Assembly (NCBI GenBank): GCA_036522535.1
Contig: DATDFP010000282.1
Span: forward strand, 1-34,164
Reading direction: 5' to 3'
From: Gemmatimonadales bacterium
GTDB lineage: Bacteria > Gemmatimonadota > Gemmatimonadetes > Gemmatimonadales > GWC2-71-9
Length of the DNA: 34,164 nucleotides
This document shows positions 32,214 to 34,164 of the stretch, one piece after another (position 1 is the first letter of the stretch; every line of letters starts with the position of its first letter). A program made the position numbers and the translations under genes. The notes under the pieces are model-generated. The model was not told where the DNA came from and ran no database searches. It worked only from the letters and a program-made list of their open reading frames with translations.

Positions 32214-33356
32214 GTGAGCCGGTTGGAACGGGACGAGCTGGCGGCCTACCTCGCCCTCGCTGAAGTCCCGGGGATCGGCCCCGCGCGGCTGCGCACGCTC
32301 GTCGCGGCGTTCGAGAGCGCTGCCGGCGCGCTGCACGCTCCCCACGGCGCGATCGCGGCGCTGCCCGGTCTGAGCCGTGCCGCCGCGACGGCGATTCGGG
32401 CGTGCTCGCCCAAGTCGGGGCACGACATTCTCGAGCGGCTCGAGCGGCTGGGCGCGAGCTTGCTGCTGCCCGACGACCCCGCCTTCCCACCGCTGCTGCG
32501 CGAGATCTCCGAGCCGCCCGTGCTGCTCTACGTCTGGGGAGATGCCGCGCAGCTCAACCGGCCGGCTGTGGGCGTCGTGGGAAGCCGCGACCACACCGCG
32601 TACGGCGCGGAGGCGGCGCGTCTGCTCGCGAGCGGCGTCGCGCGCGTTGGGGTGGTCGTCGTGAGCGGGATGGCCCGGGGGATAGACGCGATCGCTCACG
32701 CCGCCGCGCTCGACGCCGGCGGTCCGTCGGTCGGCGTTCTCGCGAACGGCTTCGGCGTGATTTATCCCGCGGCGAACCGGCCGTTGTATGAGCGCATGAT
32801 CGCGCACGGCTGTCTCATCACCGAGCTGCCGCCGGGAGAGCGCCCCCACGCGGGTGCGTTTCCGCGACGCAACCGCCTCATCTCGGGTGTCGCCGGCGTG
32901 ACGGTCGTGGTGGAGGCGGCGGCCAACTCGGGCGCGCTCATCACCGCCGACTGCGCACTCGATCAAGGCCGCACCGTGCTCGCCGTTCCCGGGCCGATCA
33001 CGAGCCCCACCTCCGTCGGCTGCAACAAGCTGATCCAGCAAGGAGCGAAGCCTGCCCTGTCGGCGGGGGACGTGCTGGAGGAGCTGGGGCTGCCGCGGTC
33101 CGGTCACGACGAGCCGGGCGCGGAAGCCCCCGGGCACCACTCGGCGGTCGGTCGGCTGGCGACACCCGCGCCGCCGCCGGATCTGAGCACCTTGCAGCGC
33201 TCCCTCTGGGACCTCCTGACCGCCGAGCCGAAGCACGTGGACGCCCTGGTCGCGGCCGCGGGGGCCGAGACCGGGCAGGTCCTGACGGCGCTAACGGAGC
33301 TGGAGTTGAAGGGGCTCGTGAAGCAGGAAGCGGGGATGCGGTTTTGCTTGGGGTAA
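32214..33356 (+). CDS. dprA: DNA-processing protein DprA
   Basis: VGSRDHTAYGAEAARLLA...VVVSGMARGIDAIAHAAAL...GVLANGFGVIYPAANRPLYERM...AFPRRNRLISG. A C-terminal winged-helix-like tail is present. The GTG start follows the obg stop by 1 nt. Confidence 0.9.
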   Translation: MSRLERDELAAYLALAEVPGIGPARLRTLVAAFESAAGALHAPHGAIAALPGLSRAAATAIRACSPKSGHDILERLERLGASLLLPDDPAFPPLLREISEPPVLLYVWGDAAQLNRPAVGVVGSRDHTAYGAEAARLLASGVARVGVVVVSGMARGIDAIAHAAALDAGGPSVGVLANGFGVIYPAANRPLYERMIAHGCLITELPPGERPHAGAFPRRNRLISGVAGVTVVVEAAANSGALITADCALDQGRTVLAVPGPITSPTSVGCNKLIQQGAKPALSAGDVLEELGLPRSGHDEPGAEAPGHHSAVGRLATPAPPPDLSTLQRSLWDLLTAEPKHVDALVAAAGAETGQVLTALTELELKGLVKQEAGMRFCLG

Positions 33357-33379
33357 GGGAGGGTCGCATATGTGCCGGG

Positions 33380-33636
33380 TTGAACTCCGGGCGCATGGAC
33401 CCGGGGTGGGTCCGCCCATGGTTCTTTGAACCCCGGGGCATGGCCCCGGGGTTTGGTCTGCCCGTACCTGCTTGAACCCCGGGGCACGGCCCCGGGGTTA
33501 GTCCGCTCTGCGGCCGGTGTCGGTGGGCGTGACCTGGACTTGGGCAGTTCTGTGTGCTTGAACCCCGGGGCATGGCCCCGGGGGGTAGGTCTGTCCGTAC
33601 CTGCTTGAACCCCGGGGCACCGCCCCGGGGTTAACC
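33380..33636 (+). repeat. REP cluster: five direct copies of TTGAACCCCGGGGCA(T/C)(G/C)GCCCCGGGGT hairpins (first copy degenerate)
   Basis: The copies start at about 33380 (degenerate), 33426, 33472, 33558 and 33605. The units 33426-33500 and 33558-33633 are a duplicated two-REP composite. Confidence 0.8.
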
Positions 33637-33659
33637 TACCCCTAACCGACTGCGGGGTA

Positions 33660-34058
33660 ATGGGAGGTTCAGGTCACAAGGCATGCGGGCTCTACGCGCA
33701 CGTCACGTGGCACACGTGGCGGCGCGTACCGCAGGTCCGGAAGCCGGACGTGCCGGTGATAGTCGACACCGTGCTTGATGCGGCACGTCGCTGGGCCGTG
33801 CGCGTGCACGCCCAGGCCGTACTGTCGGACCACGTACACGTCGTCGTGAGTTACCCGCCGCACGTGGCGCTGGCGTCGTTCATTCGACACGCGAAGTCCG
33901 AGTCCGCCCGACGGATCAACGTGATGCGACTTGACGCGCAACGCTTGCGCTGGTGTCGCGGCTACTATGTCGGGTCCCTCTCACGGAGCGACGTGACCCC
34001 GGCGCGGTCTTACCTTGCACGGCAGTTTCAGCGACATCCCGATCGCATACCCGAATAA
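33660..34058 (+). CDS. IS200/IS605-type Y1 HUH transposase, REP-associated (RAYT-like)
   Basis: The HUH motif is SDHVHVVVSY and the catalytic Tyr motif is RSYLARQ (the Y-x-x-x-Q type). The 132-aa size fits. REP hairpins lie on both sides. Confidence 0.8.
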   Translation: MGGSGHKACGLYAHVTWHTWRRVPQVRKPDVPVIVDTVLDAARRWAVRVHAQAVLSDHVHVVVSYPPHVALASFIRHAKSESARRINVMRLDAQRLRWCRGYYVGSLSRSDVTPARSYLARQFQRHPDRIPE

Positions 34059-34068
34059 TTCAGGGTGG

Positions 34069-34135
34069 GTTAACCCCGGGGCGGTGCCCCGGGGTTAACG
34101 CGGGGCGGACGCGCGGCGCCATGCCCCGGGGTTAA
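34069..34135 (+). repeat. REP copies downstream of the RAYT gene (GTTAACCCCGGGGCGGTGCCCCGGGGTTAAC plus a partial copy ...CATGCCCCGGGGTTAAC)
   Basis: Read directly. The first copy is a near-perfect 31-bp palindrome at 34069-34099. The second may be cut by the window end. Confidence 0.7.
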
Positions 34136-34164
34136 CGGCGACCATCCCCCGGCGCTAACGCGCG

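Overview
High-GC bacterial chromosomal window; the taxon cannot be assigned from sequence alone. About two thirds of it is a cell-envelope/exopolysaccharide (EPS) locus. That locus holds a Wza-like exporter, four GT4/GT2 glycosyltransferases, a CgeB-like GT, a GT-C membrane protein, FkbM and class I methyltransferases, an SDR epimerase, an SGNH hydrolase, heptose-7-P kinase and two tandem Wzi-like barrels. A TonB-dependent receptor/MFS pair interrupts it. The right end is housekeeping (EamA, asparaginase II family, CMD family, obg, dprA) and finishes in a REP cluster around an IS200/RAYT-type HUH transposase. Two tRNA genes sit at 23.4-23.75 kb. Four things deserve a second look. (1) A family of hairpin elements is built from inverted arrays of GA(A/G/T)(T/C)GCG heptamers. 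One copy carries a four-helix-bundle (23S-rRNA-IVS/Avd-like) gene wedged between a CMD-family gene and obg. One ORF-less copy lies between a GT4 gene and a tRNA. One ORF-less copy is inserted in frame inside the asparaginase-family gene. Two further intergenic elements have the same architecture but different unit sequences. (2) An HprK-like P-loop kinase and a PF14907-type nucleotidyltransferase are embedded in the EPS cluster. (3) A ribbon-helix-helix::nucleotidyltransferase fusion gene is preceded by a strikingly AT-rich tandem GTTATTAAC operator-like repeat. (4) A perfect 17-bp inverted repeat brackets the divergent TonB-receptor/MFS control region. All family assignments come from motif recognition by eye. 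No searches were run.
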